Assembly (NCBI GenBank): GCA_044360755.1 | Contig: JBIKJV010000379.1 | Span: 1-60,447 of the forward strand | DNA: 60,447 nucleotides | Origin: Phycisphaerales bacterium | GTDB lineage: Bacteria; Planctomycetota; Phycisphaerae; Phycisphaerales; SM1A02 | Direction of reading: 5' to 3' | Shown: in pieces, positions 16,900 to 27,900 of the stretch | How positions within the stretch are numbered: position 1 is the first letter of the stretch | Layout: each line of letters starts with the position of its first letter | Position numbers and translations under genes: made by a program | The notes under the pieces: generated by a model | What the model saw: only the letters and a program-made list of their open reading frames with translations | Databases searched by the model: none | What the model was told of the DNA's origin: nothing

Positions 16900-17808
16900 A
16901 TGAATATTATTCCATTTGACTCCGGCTCCGGCTTGCCATCATTCCTGAAAAAAGTTGACGTAGCCACTCTGAACGCTGACTTGACAGCTCACGCTGGCGG
17001 CGGATTCCCAGTGATCTCCATCAAAGGCAAAGTGTTTGCAGTCGTTCGCGACGGTGAGCGCGAGTTGCAGATGAACCCTAAAGACCCCGACAGTGCAGCA
17101 ACTAGCCTGAACGTAGTGTTGTTAAAAGTCAACAAGGGTACATCTAAGGTGTTCTACCTCAAGGGCTACGACAAAGACACAAGCGAAGGTCAAAAGCCTG
17201 ACTGCTACTCCAACGATGGCATCGAGCCAGCAGCCGATGCACAGAACAAACAAGCCAAGAAGTGCGCTACCTGTGCCCACAATCAGTGGGGCTCTCGTAT
17301 CAGCGAGCGCGGTGCTACCAAGGGTAAGGCATGTTCCGATGCAGTTCGCATGGCTGTAGCCCCCGCTGGCCAGCTTAACGACGCTATGCTGTTGCGTATT
17401 CCCCCTGCATCTATCAAGGCACTGGGTGAGTACGGTCAGATGTTGGCTAAGCGCGGTGTCGGCTACAACATGGTTGTGACCAAAGTTGGCTTTGACTTGC
17501 AAGCCGAGTCCCCCAAGCTGACATTTGCTCCAGTTGGTTTGCTTGACGATGACGGCTTTGCTGAAGTTCAAGAGATTGTTCAGTCAGACATTGTTGCCAG
17601 TATTCTTGGCAGCAACCCCGCTCCCGTGGAATTTACCCCGGCTGTTGAAGTCGAGGAAGCTCCCGCCCCCAAAGCTGCACCTAAGGAAGAAGCGCCTGCG
17701 CCCAAGCCTGAAGTGAAAGCCAAACCCGCCGCTAAAGCCAAGCCTGCTCCCGCTCCAGTTGAGGACGATCTCGAACTCGATCTCGACGGTATCAGCTTTG
17801 ACGACTAA
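16900..17808 (+). CDS. putative ssDNA-binding protein (Cys4 zinc site, acidic C-terminal tail)
   Basis: ATG 16900 follows the AACCACAGAAAA leader. CYSNDG..CATC..C pattern, A/P/K-rich linker, C-terminal DDLELDLDGISFDD. Confidence 0.5.
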   Translation: MNIIPFDSGSGLPSFLKKVDVATLNADLTAHAGGGFPVISIKGKVFAVVRDGERELQMNPKDPDSAATSLNVVLLKVNKGTSKVFYLKGYDKDTSEGQKPDCYSNDGIEPAADAQNKQAKKCATCAHNQWGSRISERGATKGKACSDAVRMAVAPAGQLNDAMLLRIPPASIKALGEYGQMLAKRGVGYNMVVTKVGFDLQAESPKLTFAPVGLLDDDGFAEVQEIVQSDIVASILGSNPAPVEFTPAVEVEEAPAPKAAPKEEAPAPKPEVKAKPAAKAKPAPAPVEDDLELDLDGISFDD

Positions 17809-17858
17809 GCAACTTAACGGGGCTTCGGCCCCAACCCTCCAACTCTCTAGGAAATAAA

Positions 17859-18074
17859 ATGAACTACCAAATCAAACTTGAAATGAACCTCGACGCTTCT
17901 GCTTTGCAAGTGTTGCTCCGTACCCTTGATGCCGGCCCACATGGTCTGATGCGCGGCATGATCGACAACATCATTCAACAAGCACAAGCCCAAGAGCAAG
18001 AAGCCCGTGCTGCTGCCGAAGCTGCGCCTACTGACGTAGTAGATGGTATGCCTGTCACACCACTTCCCAACTAA
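17859..18074 (+). CDS. hypothetical protein
   Basis: 71-aa ORF preceded by the GGGGC-TTCG-GCCCC hairpin (17819-17832) and an SD. Confidence 0.5.
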   Translation: MNYQIKLEMNLDASALQVLLRTLDAGPHGLMRGMIDNIIQQAQAQEQEARAAAEAAPTDVVDGMPVTPLPN

Positions 18075-18095
18075 ACGACGATTGATTCAATCGGG

Positions 18096-18123
18096 AAGCC
18101 CGTGCGCGGGCTTTCTTTCGTTT
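18096..18123 (+). terminator. rho-independent terminator
   Basis: AAGCCCG-TGCG-CGGGCTT stem-loop followed by TCTTTCGTTT. Confidence 0.7.
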
Positions 18124-18170
18124 AACTGGAGTAGTCATGAGTTGCAAAAATACAACAGCAGGAGATCACC

Positions 18171-21100
18171 ATGGATGCCCTTGAGTTCCTCCGAACAATC
18201 CTGCCCGAATACGGCATCCACTACTTGACGCTCTTCACAAAAGAGGTCAACCCAAAGACAAACAAGTCTTACACCTACCACAAGTTTTACCTAAGCCTAG
18301 AAGAGATGGCAGAGGCCATCCCACACTGGGAGAACGACCCTAAGTTTGTGGCGACGTACCATGCCTGCGCGTCGTACTTAAAGCCATACATTGAGGTTGA
18401 GAAAGACGATGAGGTTCGCAAGAAGTACCGCGTCGAAGAGAACTGGGATCGTGCCAAATCTTTTTGGATTGACATTGATTGCGGTCAGAAGAAGCACGAC
18501 GCCGGTCAGGGCTACCTGACACAAATGGATGGCGTCAAAGCCATTGCTGCATTTGCCAAGAAGGTGGGCTTGCCCCGCCCTATGATCGTGGACTCCGGTA
18601 ACGGTATCCATGCCTACTGGCCCCTGACGAAAGATATCAGCCACACTAAGTGGGTCATGGTTGCTAAGTGGCTTAAGTCATGCCTAGCGCACGAGAAAGT
18701 CCTAGCAGATTCGTCACGCACTGCTGATTTTGCAAGCATCTTGCGCCCTGTTGGGTCAGCAAACCGTAAGGGTGAACCTAAAGAAATTAAGGTTCGTTCT
18801 ACATGCGAGCCTGTTGAACCGGCAGAATTTGCCCAAGCACTACAGACTTTTGTGTCTGCCAACGACGTCAAGCTCATCAAGGAGTCTGTCAAAAGGACTT
18901 ACAACGCCGATCTGAATTCCGATCTGACAGCGCACCTGACTACGTATCCTGACGTACCTGTGGATGCCAACGAGATGGCCGGTAAATGCCTTCAGGCAGC
19001 CGCTATGCGTGACTCTAAGGGTGACGTAGGGTACGAGCCTTGGCGTGGTGTCATCGGCTTGCTTAAGTACTGTGAGAACGGTGAGACGCTGGCCGAAGAA
19101 TGGAGCGCTGATCGCGAAGCCACTGGGCACGATCAGATTGACTGGCAGAACAAGTACAACACATGGGAAGCCGGCCCAACGACCTGCGCGTTCTTTGAGC
19201 AGCACAACAGCCCGGGCTGTGTAGGCTGTGAGTTTAAAGGCAAGGTCAACACACCCTTGGTTCTAGGTAGGGTAATCCCTATAGTAGAAGAATCTACCGC
19301 CGAAGTTGTTACTGAAGAAGGCGTAGTTGAGGAAGCTGTCATACCCGCTCTGCCATATGGCTATGTGTGGGATGGTAAATTGCTTAGCCGCCTATTGCCA
19401 GACAAGGAGGGGGTGTTACAACCCTTGCCCTTTTGCGAGAACTTGTTCTACCCGACCAGCCGTATTCGTAGCGAAGATGGTACGTTCAGGTACGGCATAA
19501 GATTCCACTTGCCCGACAAACGCATTCGTGACTTTGACATCTTAGGTGAAGCCGTTGCTTCGTCGACAGACCTACTACGGGCGTTGGCTCGGTATGAGTT
19601 GACTAAGAGTAACCATAAAAACGCAGGAGACCACATGTCCGCATATCTGCTTGACCAGTTGCAATCACTAAAGCGCCGTATCGCTGAGACAAACACCCTT
19701 ACAACATTCGGCTGGCGGGACGAACACAAAGCGTTCTTGCTTGGCGACAAGTTGTTTACTAAGGGTGTTGAGCCGGCTGAGGTATTGATTGGCGGTAACG
19801 CCAAGGCTAAATTTAATACGTTTGCACCTAACAAGGGATCGATCGAAGGCTACGCTGAAGCTCTGAACTTTCTGTACAACCGAGAAGGGGCAACGCATTG
19901 GCAATACACCATCTGCGCAGGCTGGGGTTCACTCCTAGCGCATCACTGCGAAGACCTCTACAAGGGTTTGATCTTGGCTTTGCAAGGCGGTGACACTGCT
20001 CGTGGTAAGACTACAGTCTGCCATGCTGCACTTGCTGCGTTTGGCAACCCTGAGAAGCTGACCTTGAGTTCGAAGGACGGCTTTACTACAAACGCTCTGT
20101 GGGCAACGCTTGGGGTGTTCAACAACATTCCGGTGCTTGCTGACGAGATGACAAGTGTCGACCCTGCGACCTTCAGTGATGTGGCTTATGGCGTGTCGAA
20201 CGGCAAAGAAAAAATCCGCATGACTTCCAAGAGCGGCAGTGTTGTGTTTGCTAATTCAGCTGAATGGCGACTCAACTTGTATGTCACTGGCAACAAAGAC
20301 TTCCATGGCACACTGGCTGCTCATCAAGCCAACTCACAGGCAGAAGCTGTCCGTCTAATCCAAGTCAACATCGATCGATACCCTCCGTTGATATTGGCTG
20401 ACCGGTCTTTGTTCCCCGCAGGTAAGGACGGCGACACCGCATGGAACGCTGCATCTGCACTGGTGGCCGCCGAGCACATCAAACAAATGACGCAGAACAG
20501 TGGCCATGCCGGCGCTGCCATTATCAAGTACATCTTGGACAATGAAGCTTCCGTGGCTAAGGCAATGTCGGACATGATTACCCGCTTCACGCAGGTTCTT
20601 CCAAGCCCCAAGTACCGGTTCTATCGTGCTCATAGCGCATGTACGATCGTTGCTGCTCAGATTGCCAAGAAGTTAGGCATCATCGAGTTTGACGTCAAAG
20701 AGCTGTATGCATTTACAGTTAACTTGATTGTTGAACTGGCAGACTCAGTCATGGAAACGAATGCCATCTCGTCAGACGATGCGTTCTCTCGTATGGTCAG
20801 TCACCTAGGCCCACGAATTATTGTCACTAGCGAGTACCGCGATAAGCGCGATGGTAGGGGCCCAGAGAGCCCACGCACTCGGATCATGGGTGATGTGGCA
20901 GGACGGTATGTGATCGGCACCACAAGCCAAAAAGAGCATGCGGGTCATCTGATGTTGTCGCAGAAAGAAGTACGCGACTGGTGTATGAAGAACCGACTAG
21001 ACTACCCCGCGATGATGACTGCCTTACAGAAGGAGGGCGCACTATTGAAGCAGGGTGAGAAGTTCACACTGACACGCGGTACTGACTACCCGATGGTGCA

Positions 21101-21209
21101 ACAGCGCTGCATTATTGTGGACACACTGAAGCTTGACAAGGACTCAGTAGCCCCTGCATTAACCCTAGTCTCTAATCAGTTTGACGGAGATGCTGTAGGG
21201 GATGTATGA
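18171..21209 (+). CDS. bifunctional primase-polymerase (AEP) / SF3 (D5-like) helicase
   Basis: AEP motifs WIDIDC, SGNGIHAYW and RTADFASILRPVG. Walker A GGDTARGKTT. Walker B VLADEMT. Confidence 0.85.
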   Translation: MDALEFLRTILPEYGIHYLTLFTKEVNPKTNKSYTYHKFYLSLEEMAEAIPHWENDPKFVATYHACASYLKPYIEVEKDDEVRKKYRVEENWDRAKSFWIDIDCGQKKHDAGQGYLTQMDGVKAIAAFAKKVGLPRPMIVDSGNGIHAYWPLTKDISHTKWVMVAKWLKSCLAHEKVLADSSRTADFASILRPVGSANRKGEPKEIKVRSTCEPVEPAEFAQALQTFVSANDVKLIKESVKRTYNADLNSDLTAHLTTYPDVPVDANEMAGKCLQAAAMRDSKGDVGYEPWRGVIGLLKYCENGETLAEEWSADREATGHDQIDWQNKYNTWEAGPTTCAFFEQHNSPGCVGCEFKGKVNTPLVLGRVIPIVEESTAEVVTEEGVVEEAVIPALPYGYVWDGKLLSRLLPDKEGVLQPLPFCENLFYPTSRIRSEDGTFRYGIRFHLPDKRIRDFDILGEAVASSTDLLRALARYELTKSNHKNAGDHMSAYLLDQLQSLKRRIAETNTLTTFGWRDEHKAFLLGDKLFTKGVEPAEVLIGGNAKAKFNTFAPNKGSIEGYAEALNFLYNREGATHWQYTICAGWGSLLAHHCEDLYKGLILALQGGDTARGKTTVCHAALAAFGNPEKLTLSSKDGFTTNALWATLGVFNNIPVLADEMTSVDPATFSDVAYGVSNGKEKIRMTSKSGSVVFANSAEWRLNLYVTGNKDFHGTLAAHQANSQAEAVRLIQVNIDRYPPLILADRSLFPAGKDGDTAWNAASALVAAEHIKQMTQNSGHAGAAIIKYILDNEASVAKAMSDMITRFTQVLPSPKYRFYRAHSACTIVAAQIAKKLGIIEFDVKELYAFTVNLIVELADSVMETNAISSDDAFSRMVSHLGPRIIVTSEYRDKRDGRGPESPRTRIMGDVAGRYVIGTTSQKEHAGHLMLSQKEVRDWCMKNRLDYPAMMTALQKEGALLKQGEKFTLTRGTDYPMVQQRCIIVDTLKLDKDSVAPALTLVSNQFDGDAVGDV

Positions 21210-21234
21210 TCGCCACGCTGGTTGCCATGACTAG

Positions 21235-21289
21235 CTCCTTTTCGTGGTTGAAAAGAGTAACCCCCGGCGTAAAAACCGGGGGTTTTTTT
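21235..21289. terminator. tandem hairpins / bidirectional terminator at the convergence of the two arms
   Basis: CTCCTTTTC-GTGGTT-GAAAAGAG (21235-21257), then CCCCCGG-CGTAAAAA-CCGGGGG + T7 (21261-21289). On the minus strand the second hairpin is followed by TTACTCTTTTC. Confidence 0.75.
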
Positions 21290-21440
21290 ACTTGCGCTTC
21301 GCAGTCTTTGCAGACTTGATAAAGTCAGCTTTCGTGGGAGCGCCTTTGCTGCCTACCTTACGCATCTTTTCACCGGAGCCATTCTTAATGCGCTCCTGTT
21401 TTGCGTTGATGTTGGCATAGAGGCCGGGCTTGGTAGCCAT
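21288..21440 (-). CDS. small Lys-rich protein (50 aa)
   Basis: Hand-translated MATKPGLYANINAKQERIKNGSGEKMRKVGSKGAPTKADFIKSAKTAKRK. Last gene of the minus arm. Confidence 0.5.
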   Translation of the reverse strand: MATKPGLYANINAKQERIKNGSGEKMRKVGSKGAPTKADFIKSAKTAKRK

Positions 21441-21442
21441 GA

Positions 21443-21634
21443 TTATTTACCTTTAGCCATACACTTGCCAGCGGCTTTGCACTTGGCAGGCATCTTACAG
21501 CCGGGGCATGGTTTGAATGAAGTGGACTTTTTGCCTTCGGCTTTTTCCATCTTCATGTACATCTTCTTAGAGCCAGCGGCTTTCATTTCCTTGGCTTCCT
21601 CTTTCTTCGACTCTTTACCTTTAAAGGGCATCAT
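21443..21634 (-). CDS. small Lys-rich protein with C-terminal Cys knuckle
   Basis: 63 aa, K/E/A-rich, CPGCKMPAKCKAAGKC. Confidence 0.5.
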   Translation of the reverse strand: MMPFKGKESKKEEAKEMKAAGSKKMYMKMEKAEGKKSTSFKPCPGCKMPAKCKAAGKCMAKGK

Positions 21635-21651
21635 AATAACCTCCAGTTAAG

Positions 21652-21906
21652 TTAACAGTTCCAAGCGCGTAACGATTTATTGATGCGGGAGTTCGGGTCT
21701 TTAGCCGTCTTCTCGCTAGTCAATTTCTTTTTCATGCCTTCCATGCGGGCACAGAATGAATCTCGACGTGGGCCGCCCTCTGGTTGGGGAGCCTTCAAGC
21801 CCGGCTTACCGGGGTTTGCTTTGTTGTAAGAGGCGCGTCCCTTGGCATTCAAGCCGCCCTTTTCAGACTTGCCCTCTTTACGTTGCCATGCAGGTGTCTT
21901 AGCCAT
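21652..21906 (-). CDS. small basic protein
   Basis: 84 aa, PAWQRKEGKSEKGGLNAKGR...RRDSFCARM...LRAWNC. Confidence 0.55.
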   Translation of the reverse strand: MAKTPAWQRKEGKSEKGGLNAKGRASYNKANPGKPGLKAPQPEGGPRRDSFCARMEGMKKKLTSEKTAKDPNSRINKSLRAWNC

Positions 21907-21915
21907 AACTTTCCT

Positions 21916-24900
21916 TTAAGAAACTGAGCTTACTTGCTCAACAAACCTACGATTTGATTTTGTGGTTTCTACACCACCAACCACGCCACGTTCACGCTTT
22001 CGTGCTTCCGCCGGTACTCGCAACAACTCAGACAGCGGTTGACGCTTATAGCCGTTCTTTGCTCTGGAATCCTGCAACTCTTGCCAACTGGTACGCGCAT
22101 CAGCCATTGCCGCAGCATCGCTTTGGCGAGATGCTTTCAAATACGAGCTCTTAATTTCACCTGCACGCTGCGAGTAAAACTTATCAAACTCTGCAACAAC
22201 TTTCTGCGTATATTGTCTGTCAGTAATGGTCGTTGTGGGAAGACCAACAGCTTGGAAAGCAGTGTCAATCAGGCTGATATCTTCAGGCTTGAGTACCAAG
22301 TCTCCATTGCGCATCGTAATGCCTTCAGCGCCGAAGCGATAACCCTTCATCAGATTGGCAATACCATTTGGCAACGCCAACTCTAAGCCCTTGTAGTATT
22401 CACCCTTGGACATCATGCCAAGCGCGTCGACAAACTTCAGTCCCAAACCGACTGACGGGCCCATCATCCCCACAATCATCTGAGCTGCATCTGCACGCGA
22501 AGTTAAGTTGAACTCCACAAACGGGCCGAATGGCGACGCCACGTTTTCCATTGCCAGACGCTTACCAATAGACTCCAAGCCAAGTGCGGCGGGCACACCA
22601 CGAAGGAGTAAGTCAGCCACAGCGCCGTCACCGATCATGCGACGTAGTTTGTACTCATAGTCATCGGGTTCATCTTCATCACCAAACACGCTAGACAAGA
22701 TGCTTGCAGCTTGAGACACAAACGGTACACCCAACGCACCGCCAAGCACAGCCATGTGTGCAGTAATGTACTTCAATGAGGCACGAGCGATAGCACGCTC
22801 TTCTGCACTGGCACCTTTGAATGAGGTGTGGATCAGCTTAGCCAACATGGACAACTGAATGATCTGGAAGCGTTTGAATTGCAACAAGACCTTAGCACCG
22901 CCGCTCTGCATGACGCGAGGTGTATTGAATCCATCGTAGTTACCATGGCTGTTAGACACTACTTCAGCAGCAAACTTAACGCCATCCGCGCCGGGAGCGC
23001 CTTTGTAAAGGTCAACATATCCGCGGTAAGCAGCAATGGCAGCCGTAGCACGGTTAATTGCTTCAATACGTGCGTTGACATTTTGCAGCTTGAACATCGC
23101 TTTGCCGAGGGGGCCTTTGTCATCTATACGCGCCGTAGCATCTGCATCAACACCAATATCGATCTTGCCCATGCGAACCAGTTCTTCGAGCATAAACCGG
23201 ACATCGGCAGGAGCTTTGTCAAAGTCAATGCGGTCAGAAACACCTAGTCCCGATACAAGGTAGGACATGTCACCGTAGGCACGCTTGATCGCACTGGCGG
23301 AACGGGCATAACCGAGACGACCCGCCATGTATGGCAAAGACAACACGGAAGTCTGAAGCGCCTGCTGGAGGTAGTACGCAGGGCTAGTCGACAAGTGCCA
23401 CAGTGTGGACATACGCAACATGTTTTGCGCCAAGACGCTAGGCTGAGAGTACTCCATGCTGTCCGCGTACCGTGTGTACAGTTCGTTGTACAGAGGCATC
23501 GCCTCTTTGCGGTTGTTGCGAGCCTGATTGCGCATGGTTTCTAGCGCGTCGTTTATAGCGTCGCCATGTTCCATGTTAGCTAAGAAGTGAGCATCAGCAC
23601 GACCGCTAGTGGCCAAGTTGCGCATCATGTTCTTATCAGCACCGGAGACATTCTTACGCTCTAGTTCAGAACGACGAGCGCTGGCTTCAGCCACAGTCAT
23701 CAGATACAGATCAGAAATCGCTTTGTCCAGCTTGGTATCGGTGGATTCTGATTGGCGGTTTGCCAAGTTGCGCAGACGAGCCACAGCCATATGAACATCA
23801 GAACCGCCAGCGTAAGAAGCACTAGCTTCCTTGATACCAGCGTCCTCGGGTTGAATGTCATACTGCCCCGTAGCTTGCAGGTCTGCAGCAATGCTGTCGG
23901 CCTCGCCTTGTGTTTCAGCAAACTGAACTACATAGTGCAGCGGATTGGAGACGTTGTCCTGCAGCCAGTTTTTAGCTTGCTGTGCGTCACCAGTGATCGA
24001 GTCAGCGCCAACGCGGGCTTCTGTACCCTTGGCAGCTTCTTCATACGCAATGAACTCTTTGGACTTGGCAACCACGACGTAATCGCCATAGCGACCGAGG
24101 TAGGCGTATGGCTCCGACACCTCTACATTGCGCAGTCTAGTCATGCGACGGAGCATCTGAGCTTTCTCTTTAGCAAGCCCCTGCAGTAAGTCTAAGTCAT
24201 TACCCGCAGCTTTCTCACGAGCTTCAAACTCACGATTTACTGCAGCCTCGGCGGCTTTCTGTTTCAATCTTAAGGCTTCATAGCCATGATTAAAGACGTC
24301 CTTAATCACCTTCTGAGCAGCCGGCGGAAATGCCTTAAAGCGCTCTTCCAAGTCGGGGTCGGTTTCAAATAGCGTAGTGCCGACTTGTTGCTCGCCGGGG
24401 TAATAGCCCCACTTCTTTTGGACAGTAGAGTCTTGGATGTATTCGTTGACACTGCCCTTACCGACTCCCTTGAGGTTCTCTGGCAGTTTCTCAAACTCGC
24501 CCAAAATGTCTTCGATTCGACGCTCAAACTCTAAGCGGGTACCTTGACGCTCGTACTGGGCTTGCAGATATTTAGCCGCAGAAGGCATGTACTTTGTAGC
24601 CAAGCCAATCACATCTTCTGTAATTGCGGATGCATACAAACCGCGTTTAGCCAAAGTCGAAATGTTTGTCCACTGCTCACGAGCGGACTTCTGCAGTGGC
24701 TTAGGCAGTTTGTCGATAGTGCGTTGGACTACGCTTTGGTCAGCTGCGTTCTTGCCAAACTTCATCTTTGCAGCAGCGCTATCAAATAGCTTCTGAGCTT
24801 CCGCACGGAGTGCATCAGCCGCTGCGGCGTCTTTCTCTTTGCTGGCACGGGTCAAGAGGCGGATAGCTTTGTCAATATTGGTATTGCCAGCCTTGGGCTT

Positions 24901-27900
24901 TTCATCCAACACAGGATTGGCTTTATCTGGCAGCCCTTCAAAGCGTCTCTCTTTGCTCAGGTAAGCACCACCACGACCTGTTGAGGTCAGAGTGTTTTCC
25001 GGACTAACATCCATGGTCGCTGCAGGGAACGATTTTACGCGTTCCTCAAAGCTCATGCCCATACGCGATTGGACGTTCCTAGCTTCAGCTTCACCTGCCA
25101 CCAAACGATAGAGTTCGTGGGCAACGTCTTTACCATCAGTAAGTTCGACGACTCGGGCTTTTAGTTCTTTGTTAGCCGCGTAGTGCTCGTCGGAGATAGT
25201 TTTAATTTTGTCGGAGTAAAACCGAATCTCCTTCATTTGTTCAGCGTAGTTTGCAACGCGCTTTAGGACGTTGACCTTTTTGTTTTCTTCCTTGAACTTT
25301 TTCTCAAGAACGCCCTTGGCTGTTTCCAATCGAGTGACTTCACTATCTAAAGCACGAACTTTAGAATACATTGGAGCAAGCTCAGCCGTATTGGCAAGTA
25401 AAGCATCAACCGCCCCCATTAAGTCGGCAGCCCTATTCTTTTCAACAAACTTGTCAAAGTTTGAAGAGTAGCGTTCACCACGGGCTTTGCGAGCTTGACT
25501 TTCTAGTTCAGACGCATCATAAGCATCAATTGCTTTTTGCAATTCATTACGCAGTTTTGTAAGAGCCGCCTTATTAGACAGGTCGCTACCCTGCGGACTT
25601 GAACCGTTTTCAAATTTCTCTTTTGATTGAATCCAGTGCTGGACTTCGTGCAGTACGGTCGACAGGGGGTCACGGGCGTACGGTGTAACAACCAATTTTT
25701 TAGTTTTGGGGTCAAACCAACCTTGCGTGCTTCCCCATACGTCCATCATTACTTTACGTTTTTCGAACGTAACGTCCTTCAACTCAGGATATTGAGCAAA
25801 CAATTCAGGGTGGTCTAAAACGTCGCTTAGTTTGAATTCAGTGTAAAGATCAATGTCTTTAAAGTCTTGTTTAAACTTTGCTTGACTGTCATCAAACTCA
25901 AAGCGCCATTTATTATCAGTACCTTTGTACCAGCCGGTTTCTTTCCAAATTGTTTCTGGGTCAACACCATTGGCCGTGTCTAGTTGAGCTTGAACTAATT
26001 CAAGTCGACGTTCAAAAGTTTTTGCTCCAGTAGCTTCGACTCCGCCAAAGCCGAATTTCATAGTGTCTGCAGTAATTTTAGTTTTCTTACCGGACAGTTC
26101 CAGTTTAGCTGCGCCAAAGGCCAAGTTAACTACGTCTTGCGCAGTTAGTGTTTCTGGTTTAAATCCAAGTTTAGTCAGAGCAACTTTAAAGGCGCTCCAC
26201 AAAGTACGGAACCACGTTTGCAAAGCACCGGATTGATTTTTAACAGCAGTAGGATCAATGCCGGCCATCATGGCTTCTTCGATGAAGTACGCCAGCACCT
26301 CTGATCGTTTTTGATCTTGTGCGGTCTCAGCCTTCATCACGCGATCGGCTGCCCTAACGGCTAAAATTGATTCAATTGTGGACTCATCGCCCTTTGCCCA
26401 ATCAACAATTTGCTGAGTAAGTTTGTCGTAGGCTGCTTTTGGCAATAAGTTTTCTAAGCCTAAGTGGGCTCCAACCTCATGCATAAACTTGGCACGACCT
26501 TGGCCTTGTTTGATTCTGTTGGCGATCAAGAACGCTTGGCCTGTCGGAGTTGCTACTCCATATGCACCTTCTAACATTAAGGCCGCGCCAACAGTTTGGC
26601 GATTTTTGTCCGAGGACATCAACAGATCAGTTACGCTATCAACAATAACTAGCTTGCGGCCAAGGATGTCGGCGCGGATAAAGTTCTTGATTTCTGCTTT
26701 TAGCTTGGGAGCGGTGTAGGGTTTATCGACGCGACCGTCTCTGCCGAACTTCAAACCAGCTTTTGCCAACTTAGTCAACTCAGTGTTGACATCATCTTCA
26801 GTCCAGTTGTCTGGGCCAAAGCCAATGAAGTTTTGTTGCTGTGCTTTTGTCAGGTCAGCAAACTTAGGAGCTGTGGGGTAGCTAGATGCTACTTTGTCCC
26901 ACGCTTGGGCTGCTTGCTCGCTGTTGGTGAGGACTTGGGTTTCACCTTGGCTGGCAGGCTTTTCGGCACGCCGTACTTGCTTGCCCACTCCTTGGCCAGC
27001 TTCGGTTTTTGGCTGAACAGGTACGCTTGCTGTGCTTTTGACTTGAACGGCATTTGTTTTCTCCAGTTTAGCCATCTTGACAGACAGCTCTTTTGTTTGG
27101 CCGCTCTTGAAATCAACGGTCACGATAGTGGCATCGCCGTCGCCGGAGAAGCCTTTAACCACACCAGTACCCAACTTAGGGTTTACCACAGTGTCGCCCA
27201 CCTCAAGACCTTTACGGTCGGCAGCTAACTTGGCAGCACGTTCTGCACGGAATTTTGCCGCTTCTGCTTCTTTAGCGGCCTCCTTAAACATGTCGACTTC
27301 TTCAGCAGCTTTTTGTGCGGCTTCGGTACTTGGCGGCTGCTTAGTCGGCTTCGGTACTTTTTTCGCTGCAGTCAATTTAGTCGTCAGCGCTGTGTATCGT
27401 TCCGTCAGTTCGTTAATGCGCTTTGCAGCGGCAGCTTCTGCTTCCGGCAAGCCGAACTGTTTAAGCTCGTCCGCTGCAACTTTTAATTCAGCAATCTTGT
27501 CAGCTAGGCTAACCAACTGAACAGCCATTTGGCTGCCGGCAGTACTGGCTTTTTGCCACTCGCGAGAATCATCTGCCAGCTCTTCAACATCCGATTCAGC
27601 TGTATCTGAAATGACTTGGTTCTCAGATTCGACAATACCGCCCTCACCAACAGCCTCGTTTGCCTGCGTTAGATCAACAGCAGCTTCTTTTGTAGACTGG
27701 ATACCAAGTTCAGTAAACACTTGATTGCGATCAAACCCCATGGCTACAGCAACGTTAGCCAGTTTTTCAGGATTACCGATCTGTCTTACACGCGAAGCAT
27801 CTACACCAAACGTAGCGCCGATCTCTTTTTGCATTTTGACGCGGTCGCCCCTAGGCACGGCTCGGCGGGCAGTGATATACGCCTGAATGATTTTGCGGTC

